A stretch of DNA of 64,000 bases, from positions 868,001 through 932,000 of the forward strand of contig JANJGN010000151.1 in NCBI GenBank assembly GCA_026770705.1, written 5' to 3'. The notes beneath the pieces were generated by a model. That model did not search any database. It saw only the letters and a list, made by a program, of their open reading frames with translations, and had not been told where the DNA came from. Below are positions 14,097 through 27,709 of this stretch, piece by piece. Made by a program: the position numbers and the translations under genes. This stretch comes from Isurus oxyrinchus (lineage: Eukaryota). How positions within the stretch are numbered: the stretch's first letter is position 1; the number at the start of each line of letters is the position of its first letter.

Positions 14097-15538
14097 TGTC
14101 GCTGTTCGCTCTGTAAAAAGGGGAGTTGGATATTTGAAGATAGCCGTTCTAAACCCCACCCTGAACAATCTGCTGTCGTGTCTCATGATGTTCTCACCTC
14201 ACTCTCTTCTGTCCCCAGTGGTGATGTGAGGACGTCAGCTGTGAACTGGCTCCCAATGAGTTGAAAAATCCCGAGCTGGGGTACAGTCAGTGTTCTTATA
14301 GGTGAAATGGTTTCACAGTTAGACTAAAACCCTTATTTAGTTGTTGTAACCGGAAGCATGGGTTTGCTGATTTAGTTTGTTTATTCTGGCGTCAATTCTT
14401 CAGCTGAAGTTCCAGTAGCCTTAACAACAGGATACAGGTAACCGTGACTCCAGTGAGATTTCCCTCCTCAATCAGTGAAGTAGTGAACTAACAATAATTT
14501 CGCCATTTTGTCAGAGTGTTTTTAGGATCCTTCATATTGAAAGGATGATATTTGCTGAAACTGAACATACACTGAGTAAAAATTAATAATAAACTCGCGT
14601 GTAATTGAATCAGCGTTGACCTTTTCTGTGATTTGTATTTAAATTTCTGTTTCAATTTGCTCTGTGAATTCTGACATTCTTCGTGTTTGTGATGATTAAT
14701 CTAACCATCCATCATATACAGGTTTGGAATTTGTGATGAGAGAGAATTTGGGTTGCGGCGCTTTTTAAGCAACTTGTCTCCTATCGCTTTAAAGTGGGCG
14801 GGAACAGAGAGCCTGAGCGGGTTCAAAGCTTCCAGGATGAGCTGCAGAGCGGGTTTTTATTAACAAGAATTGAGTACCAGCAGACTGTTTTAATAACCTT
14901 AGCTGGGGTTAGAAAATGGCTATGGAGCAGAAAAAGAAGTAAACCAGAGACATTTTTAGTTTGTCTTTCGCTCCTTTGATATCCATTTTCACCACCGATG
15001 CATTTAGAATTACTGCGACCTCACGCCCTCTAGTGAGTATTCTGAGAAATGTTCAGTCGCCGCTGGTCAGATTGTGAGAGATTCTTTATTTAATCACTGA
15101 TTTGATGTGACAGTTCATATTTGTAGGATGTTCAGTTTCAGCGGTCCTGACTTAATATTCTGAGCAAAAAAACAAACGTTTTATATTACTGAACTAAAGA
15201 CTGTAAGAAGAAATAAAAAGGGCGATGATTAAATAATAAAGACAGGCGATGAGAGGAAACAGACTGCGAAAATATAGGGAAAGGCAGGTCAGTTAAGATT
15301 CCACAGGTGTATCTGTAAATTTAATTTTTATATAAATGTGAGTTGTTGGTATGATTTTATAAATGGAGCTCCCCTGTTCTTATTGAATGTTGTGTTTCAT
15401 TGCAATTTTAAACGCCTATGTAAATCTCATTGTGGTGGCTGAATTATTGCTTCTGTTTTTATTAAATTTATTGAATTATTTCTTTCCGTTTTATTGTTGC
15501 CTCAGTGCCCTCTAGGGACGCAAGTTGGAGCCAGCGTG

Positions 15539-16010
15539 GGTTTTTGTCCGTGATCCTCCATATCTCTGCAGCATTGTGGGTCTCCAAGGCACAGAAATAC
15601 ACGGCAGAGAGCAGGGTTTTGCTAATCATTACCTCAGCAGTTCAGATAGTCTTGCTAAAGCGTCAAAAGAATTGTTCTGTAAAGTCTGGGTTCCGCTTTA
15701 TTATCCCTCTGCAGAGATAAAACACAAACTGTGGAGTCTGCCCGGGCTGGGGTGGCTTGTTTTCAAAGTGCATGGTATGGTGACATTCCCTTCCTCTTTG
15801 ACAGTCATTTCAGTTACATACTGCTCCACTAAATCCTGATTGCTCTGTTCCGACACAAATAATGACAATATTTATCGTTACTTCATCATTACTTGCAATT
15901 TGCTATAAATAATATTTGGAATACAGTAGCCAGGGGGGAGAACGTTTTTTTTTTACATATACTTACTGAGATGCGATATAATAATGAATGGCCTGACATA
16001 TTTCCACGTT
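15539..16010 (-). pseudogene. TCR V pseudogene, 24-spacer clade (V about 15845-15579, decayed leader near 15966-16010)
   Basis: DLVEQYVTEMTVKEEGNVTIPC..PGQTPQFV..AVYFCALET, with the WY region deleted and a stop. RSS CACAATG-24-ACAAAAACC. Confidence 0.8.
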
Positions 16011-16814
16011 GTCCCCCGAGTCTGTTATTCTGTTGTCCTGGAATCCTCTGTCAGCTTAGAAACAGAGATTGCCTCCCCACTGCGCTGCTGATCCAACCAA
16101 TGTCAAAAAAGGCAAAGTGGCGACAATCTCTCCAATAATAAAACAGGACAGACAAGGCAGGTCAGAGCGACAACAGCAAATGGAAGCTGTGAGCCTGGCT
16201 ACCTCAGGCAGTGTTAACACACGTAGGATTTATCTACAAGGAACTGAACTGAATAATAATCACACCTTCGAAAATTATACAACTTTGCTTCTCTCTCACA
16301 ACTCAGTTTATACTTCATTCCATATTCCGAGCCACATAGATAGCAACAGAAGTGTCAGAGTAAGTATATCATTCAGTAGTAAGCGAAATCTTCTTCAGCG
16401 CTGCGGATTGAAATCAGGACCGAATACATGAGCAACTGGATTGGAGTGGTCCTGAATGAATGTAAAAGGAAGTCGATAAACCTTAAACGTTTATATTAAA
16501 CACGGGAAAAGGAAATGTGCGCAATTTTCAGAAAAGTCTGAAGACGAGTGGTCAGGAAAACTCAGGAAGGGAAAGGTGTCGAAAACTAAAAAGGAGAAAT
16601 TAGGCATGGCAGGCCGATTTGTCAGTCTCATATCTATTAGAAATACAAATTGCAATCACAATCTAATGAGACAGTACAAGTGGACCTCAACAGTTGCTGT
16701 TATCAAGTGTGTTTTGTTGCAATTTTCAGAATCTTTCTGTCACTCTCACAGTGGAAACTGAATTACCGGTGTGTGCGCGCCCTCTGGTGAGCACTGGCTG
16801 GAACTGCCAGTGAG

Positions 16815-17500
16815 GGTTTTTGTACAGAACCCGCTATATCACTGCAGCAGTGTGGGGTCCATGGTACAGAAGTGCACGGAGGTATCGGGGATCAGTACGT
16901 TTGATAAAAATAACAAGATGACTGTGCTAACGATCAACGGATCTTCATCTTATTAGCCGGAATGTGCAAACGAACACCGACCCCAATGATTGGTTTCCTT
17001 CCACGTTTGATAAAAATAACAAGTTTACCGAGCTAACGGTCCATTGATTGTTAGCTCGGTAATCTTGTTATTTTTATCAAACGTGGAAGGAAACCAATCA
17101 TTGAGGTCGGTGTTCGTTTGCACATTCCGGCTAATAAGACGAAACATGTACATTGGAGGATTCCCGGGGCGCTGACGGTACCAGTACACATTTGGACTTG
17201 AATCACTTGTTTTCTAGGTGCAGGTCACTGTGACATTACTTTCTGCTTTTGACGTTATTTTAGGAATCCGTTGTTCCACTGTGTGTTGATAGCTCCATTC
17301 AAACAGAAATAATAGTAACAGACAATCAGCGCCAGCCTCCTATTGATCAACATAATCACCAACACCGCCATCACTATTATTTTAACAACAATAACATCTG
17401 GGTTACAGCAGACAGGAGGAGAATGGAGTTTTACTGGGAAAGGAATACTTACTGAGAAGAGATATAAAGATGAGGAGAGGAGCGAGATGCTTCCCCACAA
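16815..17500 (-). pseudogene. TCR V pseudogene with internal fold-back duplication (V about 17285-16855, leader near 17452-17500)
   Basis: VEQRIPKITSKAESNVTVTCT*..WYRQRPGNPPMYM..DTSVHFCTMDP. RSS CACACTG-24-ACAAAAACC. Leader GKHLAPLLIFISLL then GTAAGT. Confidence 0.85.
16948..17139. repeat. Inverted repeat with 90-bp arms and a 12-nt loop
   Basis: 16948-17037 is the reverse complement of 17050-17139 with 2 mismatches by eye. Confidence 0.95.
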
Positions 17501-17839
17501 TACTTCCTGAGTCTGTAACTCTGCAGGGCAAGAAATCTTCTGTTGGTGCAGAAATACAGACCCCGTCCTACTGCATTGCTGATCCAATCAATGAGAGGAA
17601 TGGACCAGCGGCAGCAATCCCTCCAATAACACAATCAGGTCAGTGCGGCAGCAGCAAACGGAAGCTGTGGGCAGGGAGAAGCAGACTCAATTTTGAGGGA
17701 AATGTGCAGTGACTCTCAGCTGCACCTGGAACTGGTGGAGCGGAAATAGCGACGGTTGGATCTTCAGAAGTCTCTGACTATCCTCCGCCTGCTCACGGTC
17801 CAAGTGTCTGAGGTTATGACGAGAAGGAAAAGAGGCTTT

Positions 17840-18250
17840 TAGTAGGGAAGCAAATCAGCAGAGGCATTACTGGAGGACAGACAGTGCAGGGTGGAGCTTA
17901 AGAAAGTAACTAGGAGAGCAAAGAGGGGATATGAGAAAGCACTGGCTGGTAAAAGTAGGGAAAATCCCAAGATATTCTGCAAGTGTATCAATGGGAAGAG
18001 GATAACCAGGGATAGAGTAGGGCCCATAAGGGACGGAGGTGGCAATCTATGGGTGGAGCCAGAGGACATCGCTAGAGTGTTGAATGAACACTTCACATCT
18101 GTCTTCACCCAAGAGAATGAGGATGAAGGTATGGAACTCAGGGAGAGAGACTGTGAGGTTCTTAAGCAAATTGATATAGGGAGTGACAAGGTATTGGAGG
18201 TGTTGGCGGGCTTAAAAGGGGACAAATCTCTAAGTCCGGATGATTTGTGA
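17840..18250 (+). mobile_element. CR1 LINE ORF2 fragment
   Basis: RRAKRGYEKALA..ENPKIF..LNEHFTSVFT..DKSLSPD, homologous to the 35-37 kb CR1. Confidence 0.9.
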
Positions 18251-20069
18251 ACAGAGGTAGAGAAATCTCTCGGATGAACGGTAACTAAAGCTTAATATGA
18301 TGGACTGTTCTTCCAGACTGTTAACTCAGACACAACGGAGAACTAACTTTGTCACTCCTGTAACAAAATGCAGAATTTGTCAAATCTGGGACTGGATGTA
18401 ACATTTGAAGTTTACAACTACTTAAACATAGACTCACCGTATAACAAGACCATTGCTACCAGAAAGGAACATGGAAAGTATCTGATTTCGATTTCGACAG
18501 AAAATAACTAAACTTAGAAAGTTAGTTGATATTCTTGCTCTGATATTAAAGAGTAATCACGGATCGGGGCAGGAGTCACTTATTGAGATGCCGTGGGGGA
18601 ATGTTAATGAAAACCCAGCTCTCTGATAACGGCACAAGCGACAAAATGTCATAAGAGGCTCCGCATTTGCCAGCCGCTGGCAATTTAAAACATAGAAATG
18701 TGAACCAATCACTGATCCAGATGGTTTTCCAGACAAACGAACCAGCTGGAATTTCAGAACCAATATTCTGAAATATGATGCATCCAATTGGGATATTTAC
18801 CGTTTTCTTTCCACAGGGCTGTTCTGACTTAAGGAAACTCGGTTGGATAATAACGCTTGTTTTGCATGTTTAGCTTGCATTCACTGGGCCCTGTGGTAGG
18901 ATTGGATATCCCTAAGCGAGCAGGGGAGCAAGAGCTGGTGGAGCCAGAGATTCAAATCCGGCTACCAGGCACAATGATTGGATTCAGTGGTACTGGAAAT
19001 TATCACTCTCGACAGGAGAATTTATAATCTCCCTCTATCAGGGCAGAGCAACCAAGGAGAGCGGACAGTTTGGCAAGTGTCTTGACAGGAAAAAGGTTAT
19101 AACACTGTTTGTGGGAAGGAAGTTGTGGCTTCACACACAAGGGTGTATGGCTGCGGGAGGATACACATTGTAGGAAACGGTTACCGATCCTGTACAACAA
19201 CTCTCATTCTTCTCAATCGTCGAGTTAATTACTTTCATCCTCACCATCTCGATTATCATTTTGGCAGTACAACAAATGAGAATTGTCGTATTGTCTTATA
19301 GTGTATCTGCCAAAGATCTGAAACGTTAATGGTTCCGATGCTGTGGGTAGACACATTTGTAGGAGCGCGAAAGGATCTGGGATTACCCAGCAATTGTGAT
19401 TTCACCCAGATACATCAAATACAATGGGTCAACNNNNNNNNNNNNNNNNNNNNNNNNNNNNNNNNNNNNNNNNNNNNNNNNNNNNNNNNNNNNNNNNNNN
19501 NNNNNNNNNNNNNNNNNNNNNNNNNNNNNNNNNNNNNNNNNNNNNNNNNNNNNNNNNNNNNNNNNNNNNNNNNNNNNNNNNNNNNNNNNNNNNNNNNNNA
19601 CAGTGTTCAGCAGGAGGTAAATTAATGAAGGTGTGTGGGAAAACCAGGGATGCATTGTGGATTGATATATTTTTGCTGTTTAGCTGTATACCTCTGGGAT
19701 TTAGCTCCCTTGTCACACAATGGCTGGTGAACCTGATGACTGTTGAAAATAACGTGTTAACCAATACCTCTGGAACCAGCTGCTCCTACTGAACAAGTCA
19801 CCAGTTATCTCCAACGTTAAGTTTAAAGATCAGAAGTGTATGTGAGGAATTTAATCTCTATTGACAAACGGGTAAGTTTGTATTATTGCAGTGAATGAAG
19901 TTAGTTAAAAACAATCCATTGCTGTGCACTTGTTTATGTTTTGTGTGAAATCACCAGATACAACATTTCAAATCAAGAATGAAACACAAGTTGATATCTG
20001 CAGGGGAAAGTTAGCGGTTTCTGTTTGCCTTTCACTCCATCGATCTCCTCTATCAATACACTGAATGGT

Positions 20070-20780
20070 TGCAGAATGGTATCTGCAAGATGCACTGCAG
20101 GAACTCACCAAGTCTCCTTTGACAGCACCTTCCAAACCCCCGGCCACTAGCATCTAGAAGGACAAGGGCAGTAGATGGATGGGAACACCACCAGCTGGAC
20201 GTTCCCCTCCAAGTCACTCACTATCCTGACTTGGAAATATACCGCCGTTCCTTCACTTTCGCTGGGTCAAAATCTTGGATCTCCCTCCCTAACAGCCCTG
20301 TGGGTGTACACTGCTGCAATGAAAATTTCAATTTTTGGAATGAGTCTCTAGCAGCAATATGAGGGAAATTGCGCTCTCAAAATTTCTGAAATTTAACCAA
20401 AAAATATCAGCAACATCTTCTGTGACCACCTATTGTGGCTATTTGAATGCATATGTGTGTTTGCGCTTGTGTGTTTATCTGTATGTATACGTGCAGTGCT
20501 CCGATGTTCTCCAGCGGATTACTCAATAGCGATCATGTTTCTCAGCTACTGGAAGGGTTTTTTTATTTATTCATGGGATGTGGGCGACGCTGGCTGGGCC
20601 AGCATTTCTTGCCCATCTTTTATTGCCCTTGAGAAGGTGGTGGTGAGCTGCCTTCTTAAACAACTGCCGACAGTACTAGTAGGGAGGTGGTTCCAGGATT
20701 TTGACCCAGTGACAGTGATGGAACGGCGATATATTTCCAGGTCAGGATGGTGTGATGCTTGGAGGGTAACTTCTAGAAGG
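20070..20780. mobile_element. Two LINE 3'-end fragments in opposite orientations (about 20070-20310 +, 20570-20780 -)
   Basis: CATCCTGACTTGGAAATAT/GGGTCAAAATC tail motif, repeated at 24.5, 27.7 and 33.2 kb. Confidence 0.7.
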
Positions 20781-20784
20781 TGTT

Positions 20785-20849
20785 GTGTGTTTGTGTGATT
20801 ATGACAGTATCCAGCAGAGGGTAGCTTGCTAAAGGTCTGCTTGTGTGGT

Positions 20850-20916
<67 letters not shown>

Positions 20917-21040
20917 TTCTGTATATGTGTATGTGCGTGATTATAGCAGTGTTCAGCAGATGGTAGATTGCTGCAGAGGTGTGTGTTTGTGTCTGTGTGT
21001 GTGAGGTTATGACGGTGTCCAGCAGAGAGTAAGGTGCCAA

Positions 21041-21096
<56 letters not shown>

Positions 21097-21250
21097 ATGT
21101 GTGATTATGGCAGTGTCCAGCAGAGTGTAGGTTGCTAAAGGGGTGTCTGTATGTGAATGTGTATGTGAGTGTGGATGTGTCTGTGTGTGTGCGTGTGTGT
21201 TGTGTGTGCGTGTGTGCGTGTGATACCGAAAGTGTCCAGCAGAGCAGCAA
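20785..21250 (+). repeat. Compound minisatellite: GTGTCCAGCAGAGGGTAGATTGCT core interleaved with (GT)n
   Basis: Several visible units; related arrays at 23810-23870 and 39760-40071. Confidence 0.85.
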
Positions 21251-22212
21251 ACGGCGATGTCGAATTGAAGGGCCGCATCAATATTAAGGGAACCGTTTCG
21301 TTTTCTTTGTGTAAAACAGCAGATGCTATAACTGGGACTTAGCGAACATTTACTCCGTCACCGAGCTCCATGACCCAGTGAACACCTCAGAGCTTCCACC
21401 GATATTGGAAGTGGCAAAACAGAATTGGCGGAGGTTGCCAAGTAATTGCAGTGCAGTGATATCCAGGGCAACATACAACCTCTTCATTCTGAAAGAGGTT
21501 CCGAACCTGAATCTTCACCATTTCTTCCTGAAAGGCAAAGGCAGAATATTTCAAACGTAAGGGAGTAACCCTGGAAAACAGGCTGACTCTTCAAACCTCG
21601 TTTCACTGTGCAATTTGAGTTCTCTAAATAATTTGGAAATAAAAGTCTAATGATGCCTACGGAACCATTGCCGATTGTCGGTAATAAACACATCTCATTC
21701 ACTAATGTCCTTTGGGGGCGTAAATCTGCCGTCCTTACCCGTTCTGGCCTACATGTGACTCCAGGCCCACATGAATGTGATTGACTCTTAAACGCCCTTT
21801 AGCAAGGGCAATTGGAGCAGGGCAATAAATGCTGGCCTAAAAGCGACACCCATATCCCATGAATGAATCAAAGCAAATGTTTAGAAGATCCATTTTCTTC
21901 CAGTCTCTCGGTGCGAAGATTTTCTACGTGCAGTGCCAGATAAACAGTAGGCGTTCAAATTGATAAAAGGTAATCACCACAGCTCAGAGACAGGTTAAAC
22001 ATAGCAGTTCAAATCGCTCATGAAACGCTGAGAATCACAAATGCTTAGAAATAAAAGAACAGAACATTCTGGAAAAAATAAAGTTTAGCCGGAAAAGATG
22101 CCTCTCAGTGGAGAGAAAATCTGAACTAAATTTTCTGATCGGGTAACTTTTTATCCGAACTGAAAAATCTGGAAGTGAAATAAGTTCTGTTCAATCGTTT
22201 GGCAGGACAAGG

Positions 22213-22400
22213 TTTCATTGTACGGGATCCGGTTAATCTCTGTAGCAGTGTAGGGTTCATGGTGCAAAGGCACACCAGTGGCAGAGGGAAGTTCCCAGCG
22301 ATATTTAAAACAATCCTTGTGATTTCCTTTAGCAAAGCAACAGATACCTTTCCGGAGTCACAGGGACCAGGCAATAGAACGGGTGCCCTCAAATATATGA
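22213..22400 (-). pseudogene. 3' remnant of a 24-spacer-clade V
   Basis: FR3 similar to 61010-61090 (AAGGAAAT..TTTAAATATCGC..GGGAACTTC). RSS TACACTG-24-ACAATGAAA. Confidence 0.6.
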
Positions 22401-22545
22401 CTGTCCTTTTACAGAGCAGACAGTTCAAATGCGAGCTTTGGAATGGGTGCCTTCACTTGAGTCACGTCATCAAATTGTTGAGGGCGGGGTTTAGAATAGG
22501 TGCCTTCAAATATGCGAGTGCCCTTTGAGTGAGCAGGCAGCGACA

Positions 22546-23051
22546 ATGCAGCTGCTCGGCACCTTGGTTGTGCGGGGGAGTATTTATCACAGGTAATTGT
22601 GAACTGAACATCAAGTCATCTTTTCTCCCGTTTCCTAGCCAAGGTTCAGGGTCATGTTTAATCAGCCACCGTTCATATCTTGCCCACTCTTATTTTGTTT
22701 CCAGATCTAAGTGATGGTGATTCAGTGACTCAGCCGCTGTCCACACGTGTTAAGGCAGAGGGAGAAGGAGTGACACGGAGCTGTAGGTACGATTCTACAG
22801 CGAGCAGCTTTAGTCTTATTCTGGTACCGACAACACGCAACACACAGCCCGAGTATATGGTCAGGAAGGATAGTGACGGTGATGAATTTAAAGCAGATTT
22901 TGCTAAACTCGCTTGTCTTCGGGTCTCCAGACCTTCAAGAAAGTCATCTGTTTATCCATCTCGGGTTTGCAGCGGACTGACGCTGCCATGTAATACTGCG
23001 CTTTCACGGACTCACAGTGACGGAATGCAGTCTCACTCCTGTACAAAATTG
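22546..23051 (+). pseudogene. TCR V(delta-like) pseudogene (leader 22546-22592, V 22705-23012)
   Basis: Paralog of the 31648 V with frameshifts in leader and V, and ATG TAA TAC TGC near the end. RSS CACAGTG-23-ACAAAATTG. Confidence 0.9.
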
Positions 23052-24489
23052 CGACTGAACTGCGGAGTGGGATTCACTGACTGTTGAGCATTGTGGTGAA
23101 TCTCAGGCACATTTAGCCTCTCAAAAACACACTGGAAGGAAACCAAATGAACCTCGGAACAAACTGTCACCCAACAGTTTTCTAAGAGAGGCTGAGAAAA
23201 TAAACCTTCAGCTTCTCATCGGGCAGAGAGACACAGAAGAGAATCCTATTGGAAGGGAGCCGTTCAGATCCCTTCCCTCACTGACCTGCTGCCGTGTGAG
23301 AACTGTCGATGCTGATCTGCATGTCAGTGAACGGAAACACCCCAAGCTCGGCTACTCTCAATGCCCTGAGCGGAGTAATGGCTTTGCTGTTCGAGATCCG
23401 GGTGGAAGTGGGAACGCCAGGCCCAGTGCTGATCAACAGGAAAGCAAGTTTAATGGAGAAGAAAACTGTTCCAACGTCATGAAGACTTGCTTGTGTTTGT
23501 TTTAACGACCATAGTCACTAACTTGCAATATCTTCTGCCTGTGTAAAAAGTACTCTGATCCAGTGTCAGGAATATAAAATAATTTTCGTAATGTTATTAG
23601 AAATTATTGTCAAGTGGAGTAACAGTGGGGTCTGGGGTCTGTGCGTGAATTAATTCAATTAAAGGCAGATGGTCTGAAGACTTTGATGTATTGGAAGATA
23701 AGCTCGATTTGAAAAGTGAACGTTTCAGTGGGTGTTTTCGAATGTGTGCGTTTGTGTGTGCGGTGAGCGGGAGCTGTGTGTATGTATCTGTGTGCGTCTA
23801 TCTGTGTTTGCGAGTGTGTGTGTGATTCCGGCAGTGTCCAGCAGAGGGTAGATTTCAAAAGGTGCGTGTGCGTTTGTGCATGCGCGCAGTCGGCCGTTGA
23901 GACACACAAAGTGATAGGAAATCAAATTAACCTCGGATCAAACTGTCAGCCAACTGTTTCTCGCAGCGGCCGAGAATATCAAACAGACTGCAGAATCCGA
24001 TTGGACAGATTGATATGGAAGTGAATCATACCTGAAGAAATCCTGTCCAATCCACATTGGTTGTTCACCTGTAAATCAGGGTTAATGGGGGAGGGAGACA
24101 TTCTAGAGTGAGGGACACATCCTCAAACAGAATACACATTAGGGGCGCTCTTCCTTCACTGCCCCGTTCCTTCTTTGCCGCTGTCTCAAAATACTGGATC
24201 TTTCTCCCTAACAGCGCGGTGGGTGTACACCGCTACAATAAAAACAACAAACTCATGAATGAGTCTCAGGAGGCGATTGAGGTAAATTGCGCTCTCGCAG
24301 CTTCTGCAATCGAAGAAAAAAATTAGCAACATCTATTTCTGGCCACCGAGCGTGGCTATTTGAATATATATGCATGTGTGCCATTGTGTGTTCCGATGCT
24401 ATCCAGTGGAGGGCGCTCGCTGATCACTTGACAGCGATACTTTTGCTCAACAGCAGAAAGAGTTTTTCTCATTGATCTGCCAGCTGCGG

Positions 24490-24990
24490 GCTGCACTGGC
24501 TGGGCCAACATTTATTGCCCATCCCTAGTTACCCTTGAGGAGATGCTGGTGAGCTGCCTTCTTAAACGCTGCAGCCCATGTGGTGTAAGTGCATCCACAA
24601 TGCTGTTAGCGGGGGAGTTCCAGGATTTTGACCCAGTGACAGTAATGCAATGATTATATATTTCCAAATCAGGATTGTGAGGTATTTGGAGGGGAACATC
24701 TAGGTGGTAGTGTTCTCATCTATCTGCTGCCCTTGTCCTTCTAGATGGTAGTGGTTGTGGTTTTGGATGGCCCTGTCGAAGGAGCCTTTGCGAATTCCTG
24801 CAGTGCATCTTATAGATGGTACTTCCTGCTATTGCTGTGCGTCGGTGGTGGAGGTAATGAATGTTTGTGGTGTGGTGCCAGTCAAGTGAGCTGCTTTGTC
24901 CTTGATGGTGTTGAGCTTCTTGAGTGTTGTGGGAGCTGTGGGAGCTGTAATCATCCAGGAAAATGGAGAATGTTCCGTCACAATCAAGCG
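24490..24990 (-). mobile_element. LINE RT 3' fragment
   Basis: TTLKKLNTIKDKAAHL..NIHYLHHRRT..IYKMHCRNS motifs. Confidence 0.8.
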
Positions 24991-25740
24991 AATATTTGGA
25001 GAACGGGCCCATATTCCCAAATGGGATGTTACCAACATTGTCAAAGAATTGGCACCTGGGTACCACAAACAGACAAACTGTGTGTTTGAATTATCATAAT
25101 ATCTTCCATTGTCGCAGGAGTATTTGACATAAGCGCAGAAGGAACGTTAAAAGAAACCACGGGCCACACTTACTCTGAAGAGCGGACATTATTCACTCTC
25201 TGCTCAATTTCCCCCCTTATTGGCGATGAGAAAGATTATTTCTTCTTAGTGTGGTACGTTCAAGCTAGATCAGAAAGGTCTATGATAAATGCGCTGCTAT
25301 GTGCAGTTAACTATAGAACTAAGAGAGATGGATAACTGCATCGTTCACTAGTTACAGTGAATCTTCCAGTAAGATTTCCTCTCGCCCCCTCTAAGCTGAC
25401 ATTATTGTGTTCTTTGTGATAAAATGTTCCAAGAAAGTAAGGATCTTATATTTTTCCAGGAATTAATGACCTGAAGAACCTTCATTAAACCATTTCAGAT
25501 GTTGCTACACAGACAGGAATAGGAGCAATCCCTCCTTTTACCTGATGCTCTGATATTGTCACAAACGGAGAGGCCATGTGCGGAGTCCCTCTCAGCTCTT
25601 CATATTTGATGTTCCGCAGGAACTGACATCGGACCAGTCCCGACTCTTTCCCATAGGAAGGTGACATTAGTGCTTTTTGATTGGATATTGTGCAGCTCCC
25701 TGAGACACAGAAAAGACCCTGGGATTCTGAAGCAGCAGCA

Positions 25741-26834
25741 ATGTGGCTCTCTCTTAACGCTGTGATCTGGGGGCCATTCATTGGCGGTAAGAGGATGAAA
25801 CATTTTTAGAAAGTAACATTAATTTCAGGATGAATCAACGTGAAAAGCAGAGAGTTGGTGTTATCCTTTCAACAGCACGCTGTTCGACCACATTTGCAGT
25901 TTCACCAAAAGCAAATAGAAGATCAGGAGCAATTTAGGGGGAAAATATTTACCAAGACGAGAACAGAATTGAGAGACAACATCGATGAGGAATAATTGGA
26001 GATGGTAGGGTTCTTCTCCACAGTTAAGTCAGGACTGAGGGACTAGCTGACAGAGATCCGTAAATAGATGAAAGAGGTTGATAGGGTTGAAATGGAAAAC
26101 TTTCCACATGTCACGGATTATAGAGCTACGGGGCACAAACACAAGAGTGCGAAAAAATATCCAATGGAGTTTTCAGGAGAGGGTTTGCACCCAGGGAATG
26201 GTTAGAATGTTCACTTCACCTTCACAAAGAGGATTTCGGGTGAACAGTGTCCCTGATATAATTGGACAGGTGATGGGAGAATGAAGAGGAGGATATGATA
26301 GTAGAGTTAATGAGGAGTGATGGAAGGTGATGCTGGCGATTGTAAACACCCGCAGGCACTACTTGCGCCCAATAACCTTTTCTATCGCCCAATGATATCT
26401 CCGTCTAAGTAAAACTCTCTGTGAATTATTGCCGTCAGTTCAGTTGAAGTTTTAATGGCTGATTTCCGCTTTCTTTAACCGTGCGTTCCAGATCCGATCG
26501 ATTGGGATTCTGTTTCTCAGCGGGAATCCTCACTCACACAGACAGAGGGAGAAGGTATCACTTTAACCTGCACCTATACCGGCGCTGGTTATTATTTATT
26601 CTGATACCGTCAGTACCCCGGAAAACAGCCCGAGATTGGAGTCCAGATATACACGGAAGGCAGGGCGGAATATAAGGTGAATTTCGCTCAGAGCCGGTTT
26701 TCTGATACAGCCCAGCAGTCAGACAAGTTGTACCGATTGACCATCCCGGAGCTGTGGCTGTCTGACACCGCGGTCTATTACTGTGCACAGAGTCTCACAG
26801 TGAAGGGAACGAGTGCAAACCTCGTACAATAAGT
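25741..26834 (+). pseudogene. TCR V pseudogene with a single nonsense codon at W41 (leader 25741-25786, V 26492-26795)
   Basis: Leader MWLSLNAVIWGPFIG then GTAAG; the intron is enlarged by a decayed CR1 piece. V reads DSVSQRESSLTQTEGEGITLTC..YLF*YRQYPGKQPE..DTAVYYCAQS. RSS CACAGTG-23-ACAATAAGT. Confidence 0.88.
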
Positions 26835-27709
26835 GCTGCAGCTTTCTGGGTCAAAGCTGCTGCCTGCTGAGTGTTGTTTATCACAGACATGACACGTGAA
26901 AGCAATCCTGTGGGCAAAAAGAACAAGCACAATCCACATATACAGCAGCTGAAATCTTTCCGTTTGAATGCTGACCCTCTTCCTGTTGATTGTTGTGGAG
27001 GCTGAATTGGCTGCTCGCCAGTTCCCATTTGCCAGAACAATCTCCAGCCCCTTTCCTGAAACCAGTTCTACCAGTTTACCGCTGCTTCAGGGACAGCTCG
27101 TGGCAAGGGGACAAGGAATCATTGTGCTAAAAGATTAGTCTGCAGCGTAAACAGAAGTATGCCAAGGGGAGAAGGTCATGATAATTATATGAACCTCATT
27201 AAATGTTCCGAAATGTTAAAGACATTTGAACATATTAATACAAATCATGTACAATATAAGCCGCCCTTGAGGGTTTGCTGCCATCTGGCGGGAGAAATCA
27301 GAATTGTTCCTGTCATTGTTTCCTTCAGTTCAGAGGGCCGGTGTTGCGGAATTATGCTCCGAAGACAATCGAAAGACCACACAGGCGCCGGGGGCGATAA
27401 ACATAACCACCATCCAATTACGTTCACGTTGAACACTGGCTCTCTCTCTCTCTAATGATTGCATTAAGGCAATGAGGGCAGAATTGGCGGCTCGTCATTC
27501 CCGTTAAAAAAACAAACTCCCACCCGCTTTCCTGGAACGAGCTCTGTCGGTTTCCGGCTCCTTCAGACAAAGCTGTAATAATTGGTTTTATATACCAGCC
27601 TGCAGGGGAAGCAGGAGTCCGCTAGCTGGAAACGATCGTAATAATTATGAGCCTGATTAAATATCCCGCGATGTTAAAGACGTTTGACATCATTCAATGA
27701 TTGTATTCT

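Noticed and set aside
18810-19141. Possible very old V relic (acceptor, GEFIIS, ESGQFGKC, CACTGTT-23-ACACACAAG)
   Set aside because: The matches are weak enough to be chance.
20785-21250. Repeat-spacer pattern resembling a CRISPR array
   Set aside because: The context is eukaryotic and the spacers are (GT)n tracts, so this is a minisatellite.
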